From: a virus
Taxonomy: Duplodnaviria > Caudoviricetes
Reading direction: 5' to 3' (one strand)
DNA: 59,859 nucleotides
IMG/VR virus record: IMGVR_UViG_3300028638_000013
Location: 1 to 59,859 of that record
Part shown: piece by piece, positions 47,086-57,392 of the stretch
Position numbering within the stretch: position 1 is the stretch's first letter
Layout of the letters: the number at the start of each line of letters is the position of its first letter
Notes under the pieces: model-generated
The model's input: only the letters and a program-made list of their open reading frames with translations
Told to the model about the DNA's origin: nothing
Database searches by the model: none
Position numbers and translations under genes: made by a program

Positions 47086-48183
47086 ATGACCGATTTCATA
47101 GCGCCGCCAGAACTTCAAAATCAGGACGCTCAGACGATCTTTAATCGCATGAAGACATTTGTACCAGACAATATAGACACCAGCGAGGGGTCTTTTTTTT
47201 ATGATGCCACGTTCCCTCTTGCGATTGAGAAAGCCAGCATGATCGAAGAACAACTATTCGAGTCGATAAAGTTGATTTTTCCTCAATGGTCATATGAGGG
47301 ATATCTAGACATGCATGCTGAGCTTGCACAGACGCAGCGGAAGCCAGCGACACCATCAACTACGGTCCTTACTATTACAGGGGCGAATACAACAGTTATT
47401 CCAAAAGGGTTTGTGTTCGCGACACCAGCTGCGCTCAACTTACCATCAATACTGTTTGAAACGACAGAGTCTGCGACAATAGCGTCCGGAACGGCATCTA
47501 TATCGGCGGCATGCCAGACAAGCGGCAAAATAGGCAACGTGGCAGCCGGTACCGTCGTTTTGATGTACGGGTCACCGATACCCGGTGTCACCAGCGTGAC
47601 GAACGCCAGTGCGGCCACAGGAGGCACAGATGCAGAAAGCGACGAGGAACTGATCGCTAGAATCACTGAGATCAGGAGAAACCCAGGTGGCGCTGGTTCG
47701 AAAAGCGATTATAAAATATGGGCCAAAGAAGTGGCCGGCATTGGCGATGCAACTGTCATCCCAGAGTGGCAGGGCGTCGGGAGTGGAACAGTTAAGGTCA
47801 TAGTTATCGACAGTAACGGCGATCCGGCCAGCCCAGCACTTGTTCAAAGCGTGCAGGATTATATCACCCCGGCAGACGGCAGCGGAAAAGCACCGATCGG
47901 GGCCATCGTAACGGTAGTAGCACCGACAGCAAAGACAATCAACTACGCGCTGACGCTCACGCCGAACACAGCAGAGAATGTGGCAGCGATCAAAACTGCG
48001 CTCGCCGCGTATTACAAGACGGTCGGCGCAGGCGGAACTGTCAAATATTCCGCTGTTTTCGCTGCAATTGCCCAGATTCCGACCATCAGTGACATATCCG
48101 GACTGACAATCAACGCCGGTACCGCAAACATCGTGCTGCAGGCGGATGAATATCCGGTTACCGGGACGGTGAACGGCGTATGA
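47086..48183 (+). CDS. Baseplate J-like protein (XkdT)
   Basis: DTSEGSFFYD, GGTDAESDEEL, DYKIWA, GTVKV, APIGA. Confidence 0.93.
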   Translation: MTDFIAPPELQNQDAQTIFNRMKTFVPDNIDTSEGSFFYDATFPLAIEKASMIEEQLFESIKLIFPQWSYEGYLDMHAELAQTQRKPATPSTTVLTITGANTTVIPKGFVFATPAALNLPSILFETTESATIASGTASISAACQTSGKIGNVAAGTVVLMYGSPIPGVTSVTNASAATGGTDAESDEELIARITEIRRNPGGAGSKSDYKIWAKEVAGIGDATVIPEWQGVGSGTVKVIVIDSNGDPASPALVQSVQDYITPADGSGKAPIGAIVTVVAPTAKTINYALTLTPNTAENVAAIKTALAAYYKTVGAGGTVKYSAVFAAIAQIPTISDISGLTINAGTANIVLQADEYPVTGTVNGV

Positions 48184-48740
48184 CGATTCTAACCAGCCCT
48201 AGCGGAAAAAGAATGCTGGGCTATGTAGCGCCGGTTTATGATCAGTCAAAGATCATGCAGGCAATATTTGAGGCCAATGGTCAGGAGATTGACGATCTGC
48301 AGGAATGGGTTGACGGAATCCGCGATCAGATATTCCCACAATCGGCAACTTGGGGTTTGAAATACTGGGAACAGCTTCTAGGTATCCCCACAGACGAGAG
48401 CAAGCCGATCAACGAGCGTCGAAGCGTCGTCGCATCTAAAATGGTTGTGAAAGCCACACCAACACCTAAGATGGTCCGGGAGCTGGCGGCCTTTTATGAG
48501 AACGGGACCATTACGATCACAAACGGCCCACTGCCGAATCATGTGAAAATTAAATTTACAGGACTCTACGGATCGCCGCCCAACCTTGATGATTTCCAAG
48601 CGGCGCTGGCGGCGGTCATACCGGCTCACCTTCATGTCGTCTACGAATACACGTATTTACGCATTAATCAAATCCACAACGTAAAGACAATCACCGACAT
48701 GCAGGCGACGCCACTGAATCAACTTGCGCCGTTCGTATAG
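48180..48740 (+). CDS. Baseplate protein (XkdU/DUF2313)
   Basis: SATWGLKYWE, IPAHL. Confidence 0.88.
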   Translation: MTILTSPSGKRMLGYVAPVYDQSKIMQAIFEANGQEIDDLQEWVDGIRDQIFPQSATWGLKYWEQLLGIPTDESKPINERRSVVASKMVVKATPTPKMVRELAAFYENGTITITNGPLPNHVKIKFTGLYGSPPNLDDFQAALAAVIPAHLHVVYEYTYLRINQIHNVKTITDMQATPLNQLAPFV

Positions 48741-48757
48741 CATAAGGAGGCGAAAAC

Positions 48758-50296
48758 ATGGCCACAAACACACCAAACCTTGGGCTGCTTAAAAAGGACC
48801 CGGCTACGGACGGGGCAGAGAACTTTAATATTCAAACTATGCTCAATGATAACTGGGATAAAATCGACACAGCGGTGGCAGGAAAACAAAAGACGATCAC
48901 GGTAGCGGCAACAGCGCCAGTAACACCTGCAGCTAACGATATTTGGATCGACATTAGCGTGCTTACCGCGCCGAAAACGAAAGCGTATATCAGCGGCCAA
49001 TGGGTTGTGATGGACGCCCAAAATGCCGACACATTGGACGGTAGCCATGCTTCAGCATTCGCCACGGCTGTTCAGGGAACGAAGGCCGACGCAGCACTTC
49101 CGTCTGCAAACTATACCGCCGCCGATGTTCTGACAAAGATCAAAACTGTCGACGGGGCAGCTTCTGGACTGGATGCCGATTTACTCGACGGACTCCATGC
49201 AACGGCATTTGCAACCGCGGCTCAGGGCACAAAGGCTGATGCTGCTTTACCATCGGCAAACTACACCGCAGCTGATGTTCTAGCAAAACTTTTGACAGTC
49301 GATGGCACGGGAACAGGGATAGACGCTGATCTACTCGATGGTAAGCATGCAGCAGATTTTCTGCTGGCCACAATCTACACTGCAGCCGATATTCTGACCA
49401 AAATCAAAACGGTAGATGGTGCAGCGTCCGGACTAGACGCGGACCTTCTCGACGGCAACCATGCGTCAGCATTCCTTCTGGCCACAGCCTACACCGCAGC
49501 AGATGTGCTCACAAAGTTACTCACGGTTGACGGCACAGGCACAGGACTGGACGCTGACCTCTTAGACGGCAAACATGCAGCGGATTTTTTACTGGCGACG
49601 GCATACACCGCAGCTGATGTTCTGGCAAAACTGTTGACCGTTGACGGTTCAGGAACGGGGATAGACGCTGATCTTCTAGACGGAAAGCAAGCAGCTGAAT
49701 TTTTGCTTCTCGCAGGCGGGATCATGTCGGGTGCCCTTACAGTTAATAACACGGTAACGGCACAGCGCCTGATTTCAAACATTGCCACCGGCACAGCACC
49801 TTTGACGGTTACTAGCACAACGGCTGTAACAAATCTCAACGCCGATCTGCTCGACGGTAACCATTCGTCCGCGTTTGCCACCGCGGCTCAGGGTACAAAG
49901 GCCGATGATGCACTTCCAGCGGCAAATTACACCGCAAGCGACGTGCTGACGAAGATCAAGACTGTGGACGGTTCTGGATCTGGACTTGACGCGGATCTGC
50001 TCGATGGACTCGACAGCACAGCCTTTCAGAAAGCCATGGCGATGGGCTCCGGTACGATCCCAACAACCGGGTGGGTGTCGAGCGGCGAAACGGACTATAC
50101 ACTCAAGGTCAACGTCGCGATCTCCGGAACCCTGACCACGGATTACGTCATGGTGGACATTGCCAATGATTCAATCGACGTGGCGCAAGCCGCGGAGCTC
50201 AGTCCAAACGTCACAGAGTACGCGGGCGGGATCACCTTCTACTGCAAAACCACCCCGACGGCGTCCATCCCATTTAACTACACGAGATTGAGGTGA
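48758..50296 (+). CDS. Tail fibre with tandem DADLLDG repeats
   Basis: TPNLGL...NWDKID anchor; repeated TAADVL.K..TVDG..GLDADLLDG. Confidence 0.88.
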   Translation: MATNTPNLGLLKKDPATDGAENFNIQTMLNDNWDKIDTAVAGKQKTITVAATAPVTPAANDIWIDISVLTAPKTKAYISGQWVVMDAQNADTLDGSHASAFATAVQGTKADAALPSANYTAADVLTKIKTVDGAASGLDADLLDGLHATAFATAAQGTKADAALPSANYTAADVLAKLLTVDGTGTGIDADLLDGKHAADFLLATIYTAADILTKIKTVDGAASGLDADLLDGNHASAFLLATAYTAADVLTKLLTVDGTGTGLDADLLDGKHAADFLLATAYTAADVLAKLLTVDGSGTGIDADLLDGKQAAEFLLLAGGIMSGALTVNNTVTAQRLISNIATGTAPLTVTSTTAVTNLNADLLDGNHSSAFATAAQGTKADDALPAANYTASDVLTKIKTVDGSGSGLDADLLDGLDSTAFQKAMAMGSGTIPTTGWVSSGETDYTLKVNVAISGTLTTDYVMVDIANDSIDVAQAAELSPNVTEYAGGITFYCKTTPTASIPFNYTRLR

Positions 50297-50298
50297 TG
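50175..50298 (+). repeat. 124-bp repeat, copy 2 (3' end of tail fibre)
   Basis: Matches 46517-46640. Confidence 0.9.
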
Positions 50299-50300
50299 GT

Positions 50301-51506
50301 ATGGGAAATGTAAACGTCGCCGGTGGTGGACCGCTCGCTATCAACGGCGTCACGGAGTTTACTGCGAAACTTACGTCGGCGGTGTCTAAGAACGACTCGG
50401 TCAGTCTGCGGTTGAATGGGATGACGAAACTAGCAGACCCTGCGACACTCCCGACCGGGATCGGTTGGGGTGTCGCTTTCAGCCCGAATGGCGACTATCT
50501 CGCTGTGGCGCATCCCACTACACCTTTTATCACAATCTACAAAAGATCCGGTGATACTTTCACAAAGCTGGCAAACCCAGCAACACTTCCGACATACACT
50601 GGATACGCCGTTGCTTGGGACCCAACCGGGACGTATCTGGCTTGGGGAGGGGGCCGAACACCAAGCCCTAACCCGTGTCTTATAATCTATAAGCGCTCAG
50701 GGGATACGTTTACGGCGCTAGGCGGCATCACTGCGCCGTGGCCAAACATTGACGACCTGACTTTTTCCGCCGACGGCGTATATCTCATGGCTACGAATAA
50801 CTCTAGCCCATATGTCCACTTTTATAAACGCTCTGGGGATGTCTTCACGAAACTTTCAAACCCAACAACTCTTCCGCCCGACTCCGGTTACAGTCTTGAC
50901 ATTTCTTCAGATGGTGTTTACTTCGGTCTCGCTCATTATAGCTCTCCAAATATAACGGTCTATAAGCGTTCAGGGGACACATTTTCCAAGATCGCAAATC
51001 CGGCGACTTTACCCGGACAATCTTTTTCGCTGAGGTTTAATAAAGACGCCACAGTTGTCGTCGTCGGTCGATCCGAGGGCGTACAGGTTGAGATTTTATC
51101 AAGGTCAGGCGACACCCTCACCAATCTTGTAAAGAGCCCTACCCCTATCTCGACAGGAGGTGTGTATGGCACACGGTTTAGCCCGGATGATAATATTCTC
51201 GCCGTACCGATTGTCGGGTCCCCCTTTATTCAGATATACAAAAGGCACGGGACGGACTTTATTCGTATGGACAGCCCTGCGACACTCCCGACCGGAGCGG
51301 CGTACGAAGTCGCCATCAGTAACGACGGGAAGTATCTCGCTGTAGCACATTACGCTAGCCCTTACGTCACAATCTACAAACTCGATTGGGTCGCTGACAA
51401 AGACAGCGAGGGGAACAACAACTACGAGATGGCCGGATACGTTGATTCGGCGGGTGCACTTAACGAACTAAAAACAATAAAAATTACCCACTCCAGAAAC
51501 GGATAG
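50301..51506 (+). CDS. Beta-propeller protein A (putative receptor-binding)
   Basis: About 7 repeats of ~45 aa: AFSP.G.YLAV..IYKRSGDTFTKLANPATLP. Confidence 0.78.
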   Translation: MGNVNVAGGGPLAINGVTEFTAKLTSAVSKNDSVSLRLNGMTKLADPATLPTGIGWGVAFSPNGDYLAVAHPTTPFITIYKRSGDTFTKLANPATLPTYTGYAVAWDPTGTYLAWGGGRTPSPNPCLIIYKRSGDTFTALGGITAPWPNIDDLTFSADGVYLMATNNSSPYVHFYKRSGDVFTKLSNPTTLPPDSGYSLDISSDGVYFGLAHYSSPNITVYKRSGDTFSKIANPATLPGQSFSLRFNKDATVVVVGRSEGVQVEILSRSGDTLTNLVKSPTPISTGGVYGTRFSPDDNILAVPIVGSPFIQIYKRHGTDFIRMDSPATLPTGAAYEVAISNDGKYLAVAHYASPYVTIYKLDWVADKDSEGNNNYEMAGYVDSAGALNELKTIKITHSRNG

Positions 51507-51520
51507 GAGGCGATCAGACC

Positions 51521-52723
51521 ATGGGCAGAATCTATTTATCAGGCGGCAGCGAGAAGATCGCCGGTGCTACTGAAGAAACCGTCGTGTTCGCAGGAACCAT
51601 CGCAAAAGGTGAACTCGTTGCGATAAGTGGGGTCCGACCTTCAAACAAAATCGCGAACCCGGGCACACTTCCTACCGGGATCGGATACGGTGTCGCCTTT
51701 AGCCCCGACGGGGTGTATCTCGCTGTGGCGCACGCGACTTCGCCTTACATTACGATTTACAAGCGCTCCGGGGACACCTTCACAAAACTGTCAAACCCGG
51801 TCACACTGCCAACAGGGACAGGTATGGCCGTTGCGTGGGACCCGACTGGGACATATCTGTCCGTCGCCAACCTTGGGGCAGCCCCTGGCCTTACGATTTA
51901 CAAGCGCTCCGGGGACACGTTCACGAAACTCGCGAACCCCACAACGCTACCAGACGGAGAGGCCTACTGTGTTGGTTGGGACCCATCTGGAACGTATCTT
52001 GCAGTTGGTCACACCAACTCACCTTACGTCTCGATTTACAAGCGCTCCGGGGACACGTTCACGAAACTCGCAAATCCAGCAACATTGCCAGTCGATTGGG
52101 TGGACTGCGCCACCTTTGACCCATCCGGAACATACCTCGCTGTCGGCCACACGACGTCACGGTTTATTACCATTTACAAACGGTCCGGGGATACCTTCAC
52201 GAAACTCGCAGACCCAGCGACACTGCCAACCGCTATGTGTAGAGGGGCCGTGTGGTCTCCGGACGGGATGTTCCTTATCGCGCCGACCACTATATCCACC
52301 GGAATCATTGCAGTGTATGCCAGAAATGGTGATGTATTTATTCGTCTTACAGACCCAGCTTCGAGCCTATCCGGTGGCGGGTATGGGGGCTCGGTAGACC
52401 CAACGGGCGTGATATTTTCAGGCGCCAGTTATGACAGCCCTTATGTGCGAAGTTTTTCACGGGTAGGCGGCACTCTAACTTCTCTTTCAAATCCGGGCAC
52501 CTTGCCGACTGGCAGGGGGAAAGAGACCGCATTCAGTCCGGACGGTGTGTATCTCGCCGTGGCTCATGAAACAAGCCCGTTCGTTACAATTTATAACGGG
52601 GGATACCAGCAGGCGGCCCTTTCAAGGAAGATGGTCGGCGCAGGCTTATACGGATACGCCAAAGAAGCAGGCACCGCAGGACAGTCAAAGAAAGTCATGA
52701 TCACACACAGAATAGGAGGATGA
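51521..52723 (+). CDS. Beta-propeller protein B (paralogue)
   Basis: Same repeat unit; exact 40-bp DNA repeat at 51894 and 52032. Confidence 0.78.
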   Translation: MGRIYLSGGSEKIAGATEETVVFAGTIAKGELVAISGVRPSNKIANPGTLPTGIGYGVAFSPDGVYLAVAHATSPYITIYKRSGDTFTKLSNPVTLPTGTGMAVAWDPTGTYLSVANLGAAPGLTIYKRSGDTFTKLANPTTLPDGEAYCVGWDPSGTYLAVGHTNSPYVSIYKRSGDTFTKLANPATLPVDWVDCATFDPSGTYLAVGHTTSRFITIYKRSGDTFTKLADPATLPTAMCRGAVWSPDGMFLIAPTTISTGIIAVYARNGDVFIRLTDPASSLSGGGYGGSVDPTGVIFSGASYDSPYVRSFSRVGGTLTSLSNPGTLPTGRGKETAFSPDGVYLAVAHETSPFVTIYNGGYQQAALSRKMVGAGLYGYAKEAGTAGQSKKVMITHRIGG

Positions 52724-53022
52724 TGATGAGATATTACTTGAAAATCGAGGCAGACAACACCATTTCAGACGCGATCACTTACGAACACCCGGGGTACACA
52801 CCGTACGACGCTCCGGGTACACTGCCCGCAGGCATCAACGGCGGCTGGTGGAAATTTGAGAACGGCGTGCCCGTCGAGTACCCAGAACTGAAGCCGGTGG
52901 AGAGAGACGAGGAAGTTGCAACTCTAAAGGAGAAGCTGCAGCAAGTTGAAACCGATAATTTAACAACGCTCATGGCATGTGCAGAACTTTATGAAATGCT
53001 GCTGGCCATGCAACCAGTTTAG
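52720..53022 (+). CDS. Tail-fibre-associated protein/chaperone
   Basis: C-terminal coiled coil ending ACAELYE. Confidence 0.6.
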   Translation: MMMRYYLKIEADNTISDAITYEHPGYTPYDAPGTLPAGINGGWWKFENGVPVEYPELKPVERDEEVATLKEKLQQVETDNLTTLMACAELYEMLLAMQPV

Positions 53023-53038
53023 GAAGGAGTGAGCGAAA

Positions 53039-53152
53039 ATGGCACAGGTTTATTACAAATTAATTAAAGCAGGAATCAAAACGCTCGAACAGGTACCGGC
53101 GAACCTTTACACGGAAGTCAAGGCACTGCTCGACGCAGATCAAGGTGTATAA
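53039..53152 (+). CDS. CD1375/XkdX-like small protein (not in ORF track)
   Basis: MAQVYYKLIKAGIKTLEQVP...; AAGGAG RBS. Confidence 0.7.
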   Translation: MAQVYYKLIKAGIKTLEQVPANLYTEVKALLDADQGV

Positions 53153-53205
53153 CCATGACAAACAGATTACGGCTCGCCTGGGCTATTTTGAGAGGGGGTG
53201 TAGAA

Positions 53206-53337
53206 ATGATTGACGTTTATGTTGCTTTGATAATTCACGGCAGACGTAACATCGAACAAGTCCCATCGTTTTTGAGAACGGCAGTTAGTAACGAGTTGAC
53301 CGCGCTCGGTCTCGACGGCAATGGCAAACCGGTATAA
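53206..53337 (+). CDS. CD1375/XkdX-like small protein (second copy)
   Basis: MIDVYVALIIHGRRNIEQVP... Confidence 0.7.
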   Translation: MIDVYVALIIHGRRNIEQVPSFLRTAVSNELTALGLDGNGKPV

Positions 53338-53338
53338 C

Positions 53339-53367
53339 AAAGAGCCCGCAGCTTATGCGGGCTCTTT
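53339..53367 (+). terminator. Terminator-like hairpin
   Basis: aaagagcccgca-gctta-tgcgggctcttt. Confidence 0.65.
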
Positions 53368-53399
53368 AAAAATTATCCATTAGGATGGTGGTGTGTCTG

Positions 53400-53726
53400 A
53401 TGACAATAGAAGTTGCGCTAGTGATATCAGGAATGTCGCTTGCATTCGGAATTTATACAGGAATGTCAAATCTAAAACGGAATGAAAAAGATGACGCAAG
53501 AACAGACGCATCGCAGCTGACAACAGTGATTGTTAAGCTCGAAAACATTGGTATGGGGATTACCGAAATCAAGAATGAAATGACCAACGTGAAGAACGAT
53601 ATCAAAGAGAGTAGGGAAAGGCTGATCAAGGTTGAAGCATCAGCAGTACAAGCTCACAAGCGCCTTGACACTTGCGAAAAATACTGCAAAAGGTTTGTTG
53701 ATTTCGATGAAAAACAAATACTCTAA
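53400..53726 (+). CDS. XhlA-like membrane lysis-module protein
   Basis: N-terminal TM, coiled coil, RLIKVE...AHKRLD. Confidence 0.7.
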   Translation: MTIEVALVISGMSLAFGIYTGMSNLKRNEKDDARTDASQLTTVIVKLENIGMGITEIKNEMTNVKNDIKESRERLIKVEASAVQAHKRLDTCEKYCKRFVDFDEKQIL

Positions 53727-53774
53727 GCCTAAATCGGCAACCGATAATGCTTGCAGAAGATTGGTGGTGCCACG

Positions 53775-54086
53775 ATGAAACGACGACCGCCAAATTGGAG
53801 CAAACTACTAACGGTGTGTATTTTGGCACCATTCCTCGGAGTGATCGGTCTAGCTGCAGCACTGGCCATCGGAATGTACAGGGCAGATCAAGCAGACGCC
53901 AGCGTCGCGCTTATGCAGGCGCTACTTGCTTTTGTCGCTGCTCCGAGTGCCGTAGCCATCGGCTTTTATTTTTGGAAAGCAAAGGCCGAAAATTTGGTCA
54001 AACTGGCCAGAATACTCAAGATTAACGAGATTGATAACGACATCGCGGCGCGTGTGATCGACGCCGACGAAATAAAAGGAGCGTGA
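53775..54086 (+). CDS. Two-TM membrane protein (holin-like)
   Basis: Two hydrophobic helices; FYFWKAKAEN. Confidence 0.65.
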   Translation: MKRRPPNWSKLLTVCILAPFLGVIGLAAALAIGMYRADQADASVALMQALLAFVAAPSAVAIGFYFWKAKAENLVKLARILKINEIDNDIAARVIDADEIKGA

Positions 54087-54090
54087 AGAC

Positions 54091-54561
54091 ATGACTAACG
54101 CCATAACCTCAGCTTTGGCACAACACGCCGTGGATTTTATCCTTGCGGTACTCCTTGGGATTTTGATCAAATATGCGATCCCTTTTATCCAAGCAAAAAC
54201 GGAGTCCGAGAATTTGGCGACACTAAAGGAGCACATCAAAGCAGCAGTCGACGCCGCTGAAGAGCGCTTCGTTGGGGAGAAGCTCGGCCTCTCGGTGCGA
54301 AAACCGTGGGTAATGGAGCTACTTGAAGATTCGGGCTACGTGGTGGACAACTTTATCGACGCGTTGATCGACAGCGCCGCCCGGGCCCTCGAGAAGTCGA
54401 CGTTGATCTTAGAGGCTGCCGCAATTGGGACAATTACTGAGACCACAGAAGGCCGCGTGACGGCAGAGAGCGCCGTCGCAACCGTAACTGCCTTTGAGGA
54501 CGCGATCTCTCATACCACGGCAACTGTGGAGGCCGCGGTGGAAGACGGAGGCGGCCTATGA
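54091..54561 (+). CDS. LL-H-type holin
   Basis: N-terminal TM, AVDAAE, IDALIDSA. Confidence 0.7.
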   Translation: MTNAITSALAQHAVDFILAVLLGILIKYAIPFIQAKTESENLATLKEHIKAAVDAAEERFVGEKLGLSVRKPWVMELLEDSGYVVDNFIDALIDSAARALEKSTLILEAAAIGTITETTEGRVTAESAVATVTAFEDAISHTTATVEAAVEDGGGL

Positions 54562-55244
54562 TTACAAACAAAGAGCTGTCGGCGAAGGTCGTTGATATCG
54601 CCACGAACTACAAAACCATTTATATGTGGGGTGTGTTCGGAGCTCCTGTGTCGGAATCCATCATCAAACAAAAGAGAAGCCAGTATCCATCGTGGTACAC
54701 GACAGATAGGCAAATCCACTTAAGGTCTCTGATCGGAAAAGGGTATTTTGCCTTCGACTGCGTCAATCTCATTAAGGCGGTGCTTTGGGGATGGACGGGG
54801 GACAAGTTGAAGAGCTACGGTGGCGCTGTTTATAACTCCAATGGCGTACCAGACATCGACGCCAACGCCATGATCGCTAAGTGTCAGGGCGTGAGTACGG
54901 ATTTCCGCGATATTGAGGTGGGCGAAGCAGTATGGCTCCCCGGTCACATTGGCGTCTATATCGGCAACGGCAAAGTTGTTGAATGCACGCCAGCCTGGAA
55001 AAACGGCGTACAGATCAGTGCGTGCCTTAATATCGGACCCATTACGGGGCTGAACGGACGCAGATGGCAAAAGCACGGCAAAATGCCATATGTAAAGTAT
55101 GAAGTAGCAGGCGAACCGGAATACATCAGGATTCTGAAAGCAAAAACTACAGCGCCCGATGATTGGATCAAGCTGATCAATGATAACAAACACCATCCGC
55201 TGCTTAAGTACCTCCCTGATTTGATAGAGAAGATCGCGAAGTAA
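54558..55244 (+). CDS. Endolysin (NlpC/P60/CHAP-like Cys-His)
   Basis: YMWG, FDCVNL, GHIGVYIG, W.KHGK. Confidence 0.82.
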   Translation: MITNKELSAKVVDIATNYKTIYMWGVFGAPVSESIIKQKRSQYPSWYTTDRQIHLRSLIGKGYFAFDCVNLIKAVLWGWTGDKLKSYGGAVYNSNGVPDIDANAMIAKCQGVSTDFRDIEVGEAVWLPGHIGVYIGNGKVVECTPAWKNGVQISACLNIGPITGLNGRRWQKHGKMPYVKYEVAGEPEYIRILKAKTTAPDDWIKLINDNKHHPLLKYLPDLIEKIAK

Positions 55245-55288
55245 CACAGGATCAAAGGTATGAACCTCAAGATTAACAAGCAAGGAAC

Positions 55289-55312
55289 CGCAGCCTCCGG
55301 GCTGCTTTTTTT
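55289..55312 (+). terminator. Rho-independent terminator
   Basis: gcagcc-tccg-ggctgc + T7. Confidence 0.75.
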
Positions 55313-55323
55313 ATGCCTAAAAC

Positions 55324-55381
55324 GTTTCACAAAAGAATTGACTGTGTGCGTGTGTGTGATATAGTGTTGCTAGAAAGAAGC
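55324..55381 (+). promoter_or_regulatory. sigmaA promoter with two operator-like sites
   Basis: aaagaaTTGACT...TGATATAGT; gttgctagaaagaagc. Confidence 0.7.
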
Positions 55382-55409
55382 GGTCACACAAACGAAAGGG
55401 GCGGGCAAA

Positions 55410-56357
55410 ATGCTGAAGAGTCAATACTTCGGGATCGAGATAGAAATGACGGGGGCAACTAGAAACGAGGTCGCATCGGCAATCGCGCGATTCTTTGGAA
55501 CGACATACAACTACATCGGAGGGCCATACGACGCCTACCAGATCATCGACGGAAACGGCAGAACGTGGAAGGTTGTAAGCGACGCGAGCATAAGGCCAGA
55601 ACGCGCGAGCCAACTATCAAACGGAAAATTCGGATACACGCCATGCAGCGAGATGCAGCGCCGAGTTGAACTGGTCAGCCCGAAACTAAGATACGAAGAC
55701 ATTGAGCGGCTGCAGGAACTGGTCAGGGAGATCAGGAAGACCGGAGCCAAAGCAAACACAAGCTGCGGGATTCACATCCACGTAGACGCAGCAAACCACA
55801 CAGGCCAAAGCCTCAAGAACCTCCTGATGATCATGTACAGCAAAGAAGACCTCCTCTACAAAGCCCTTCAGGTTCACCCGACTCGCGAAGCGAATTATTG
55901 CCGGAAGGTCAAAGACACGATGATCCAGCGGGTGCAGGGATGCAAGGTTCTCAGCCTCGACCAACTAAAAGATTTTTGGTACGACGGACAGACTTACAGA
56001 GCTTCACAGCACTACGACAACAGCAGATATGCAGCGCTCAACCTACACAACGTCTGGTTCCGCGGCACGGTCGAATTCCGGCTTTTCAACGGGACCATGC
56101 ACGCGGGCAAAATAAAAGCCTACATTCACCTCTGCCTTGCGATCAGCGCCCAAGCGATAGAACAGAAGAGAGCCAGAGCAGAAAAGACCCAAACCGGAAA
56201 CGATAAATTCACCTTTAGGACTTGGCTCCTCCGCCTCGGGATGATCGGGGATGAATTCAAAAACACCAGAGAACACCTCCTGGCCAACCTCGAAGGGGAC
56301 AGCGCTTGGAGATACGACAAAAACACCTACCCAGCCAATCAGAGGGTCGCAGTTTAG
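55410..56357 (+). CDS. Phage amidoligase (COOH-NH2 ligase type 2)
   Basis: FGIEIE, DASI, ELVSP, SCGIHIHV, RY..LN, TVEFRLFNGT. Confidence 0.9.
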   Translation: MLKSQYFGIEIEMTGATRNEVASAIARFFGTTYNYIGGPYDAYQIIDGNGRTWKVVSDASIRPERASQLSNGKFGYTPCSEMQRRVELVSPKLRYEDIERLQELVREIRKTGAKANTSCGIHIHVDAANHTGQSLKNLLMIMYSKEDLLYKALQVHPTREANYCRKVKDTMIQRVQGCKVLSLDQLKDFWYDGQTYRASQHYDNSRYAALNLHNVWFRGTVEFRLFNGTMHAGKIKAYIHLCLAISAQAIEQKRARAEKTQTGNDKFTFRTWLLRLGMIGDEFKNTREHLLANLEGDSAWRYDKNTYPANQRVAV

Positions 56358-56445
56358 CGGCCCGCCATGCCAGCGAAGCCTACCGCCTCCACGCGGCGCT
56401 GGTGGATAACCAACCGAGAGTAGGCCACAAAAGGAGGAATGCAAA

Positions 56446-56913
56446 ATGATAAGAATGCCAACTTATGAAGTCGACATCGACCGTGAGATTGAGAGAATGA
56501 GAGACGAGGAACACTGCGGACCGATTCACCTTGAGCCAAAATTCTTTTATGACTACTTGGACGAGGCGGCTGAATTTGATGATGAAGCAGACTCGGACTC
56601 AACTGAACCGGTAATTGAAAAAATGAAGACCTTCCACGACTTGCTGATCAAAGGTCCGAATTTGGATTGTGAACTGATCATCACAGGATGCGAGATGCCT
56701 GCAAGTTTTGTATGGAACAGCGAGCAGTACATCAGGGAATACGGGGTTGAGAAATACAGAGCGATCCTAGAGGCACCATTTACCATATTAAGCAACGGCA
56801 ACATCGAGATCGAGTGTGACGACGAAAGGCTAGGCGAAGCATTTGTCCTGGCCGCCGCCGGATACATTAGCTCAAGCGAATACGATAAAATATTTGGAGA
56901 GGTGGAATTCTAA
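56446..56913 (+). CDS. Acidic hypothetical protein
   Basis: AGGAGG RBS; between amidoligase and GGCT. Confidence 0.7.
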   Translation: MIRMPTYEVDIDREIERMRDEEHCGPIHLEPKFFYDYLDEAAEFDDEADSDSTEPVIEKMKTFHDLLIKGPNLDCELIITGCEMPASFVWNSEQYIREYGVEKYRAILEAPFTILSNGNIEIECDDERLGEAFVLAAAGYISSSEYDKIFGEVEF

Positions 56914-57392
56914 TGAGAAAAAGAACGAAATACATCGCTTACGGTTCCAATATGAACGTCGACCAGATGGCGGATCGATGCCCGGACGCCACTGTTTACG
57001 CGGTCGGAGAACTCGAAGGGTGGCAATTGACCTTCATGGGGCGCACTGCATACGGAGGGTTTGCCACCATCGTCCACACCGGAGACAAGAGAGACAAGGT
57101 GCCGGTGCTGATTTGGGACATCTCACCAATGGACGAGCGAAACCTCGACTTTTATGAAGGATATCCGAGGCACTACCGGAAAGAGAACGTACTAGCGAAG
57201 ACACACCGCGGGGAAGTCGAAGCCATGGTCTACATTATGGCGATCGACAGGGTACCGTCGGTGCCAACCGGTTATTATGTTGAATCCATAAAAGCAGGAT
57301 ACCTCGACGCAGGACTGTCTTTGACGGCGCTCAAAGCAGCATACAAGCAAGTTGTGAAGGAAGTCAGAAAATCAAAGAAAAAGAGCGGATAA
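56913..57392 (+). CDS. Gamma-glutamylcyclotransferase (AIG2-like)
   Basis: YIAYGSNM, RCP, LDFYEGYP. Confidence 0.92.
   Translation: MRKRTKYIAYGSNMNVDQMADRCPDATVYAVGELEGWQLTFMGRTAYGGFATIVHTGDKRDKVPVLIWDISPMDERNLDFYEGYPRHYRKENVLAKTHRGEVEAMVYIMAIDRVPSVPTGYYVESIKAGYLDAGLSLTALKAAYKQVVKEVRKSKKKSG

Noticed and set aside
46517-50298. Fibre C-terminal duplication as a DGR template/variable repeat pair
   Set aside because: No reverse transcriptase in the window; both copies are coding; the 4 differences are synonymous and mostly T/C, not adenine-specific.
51750-52210. Regularly spaced 25-40 bp repeats resembling a CRISPR array
   Set aside because: Period is ~138-141 bp and in frame; they encode beta-propeller blades; no cas genes.
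51627-52397. 256-aa alternative-frame ORF in propeller B
   Set aside because: By-product of repetitive GC-rich coding sequence; no RBS or domain evident.
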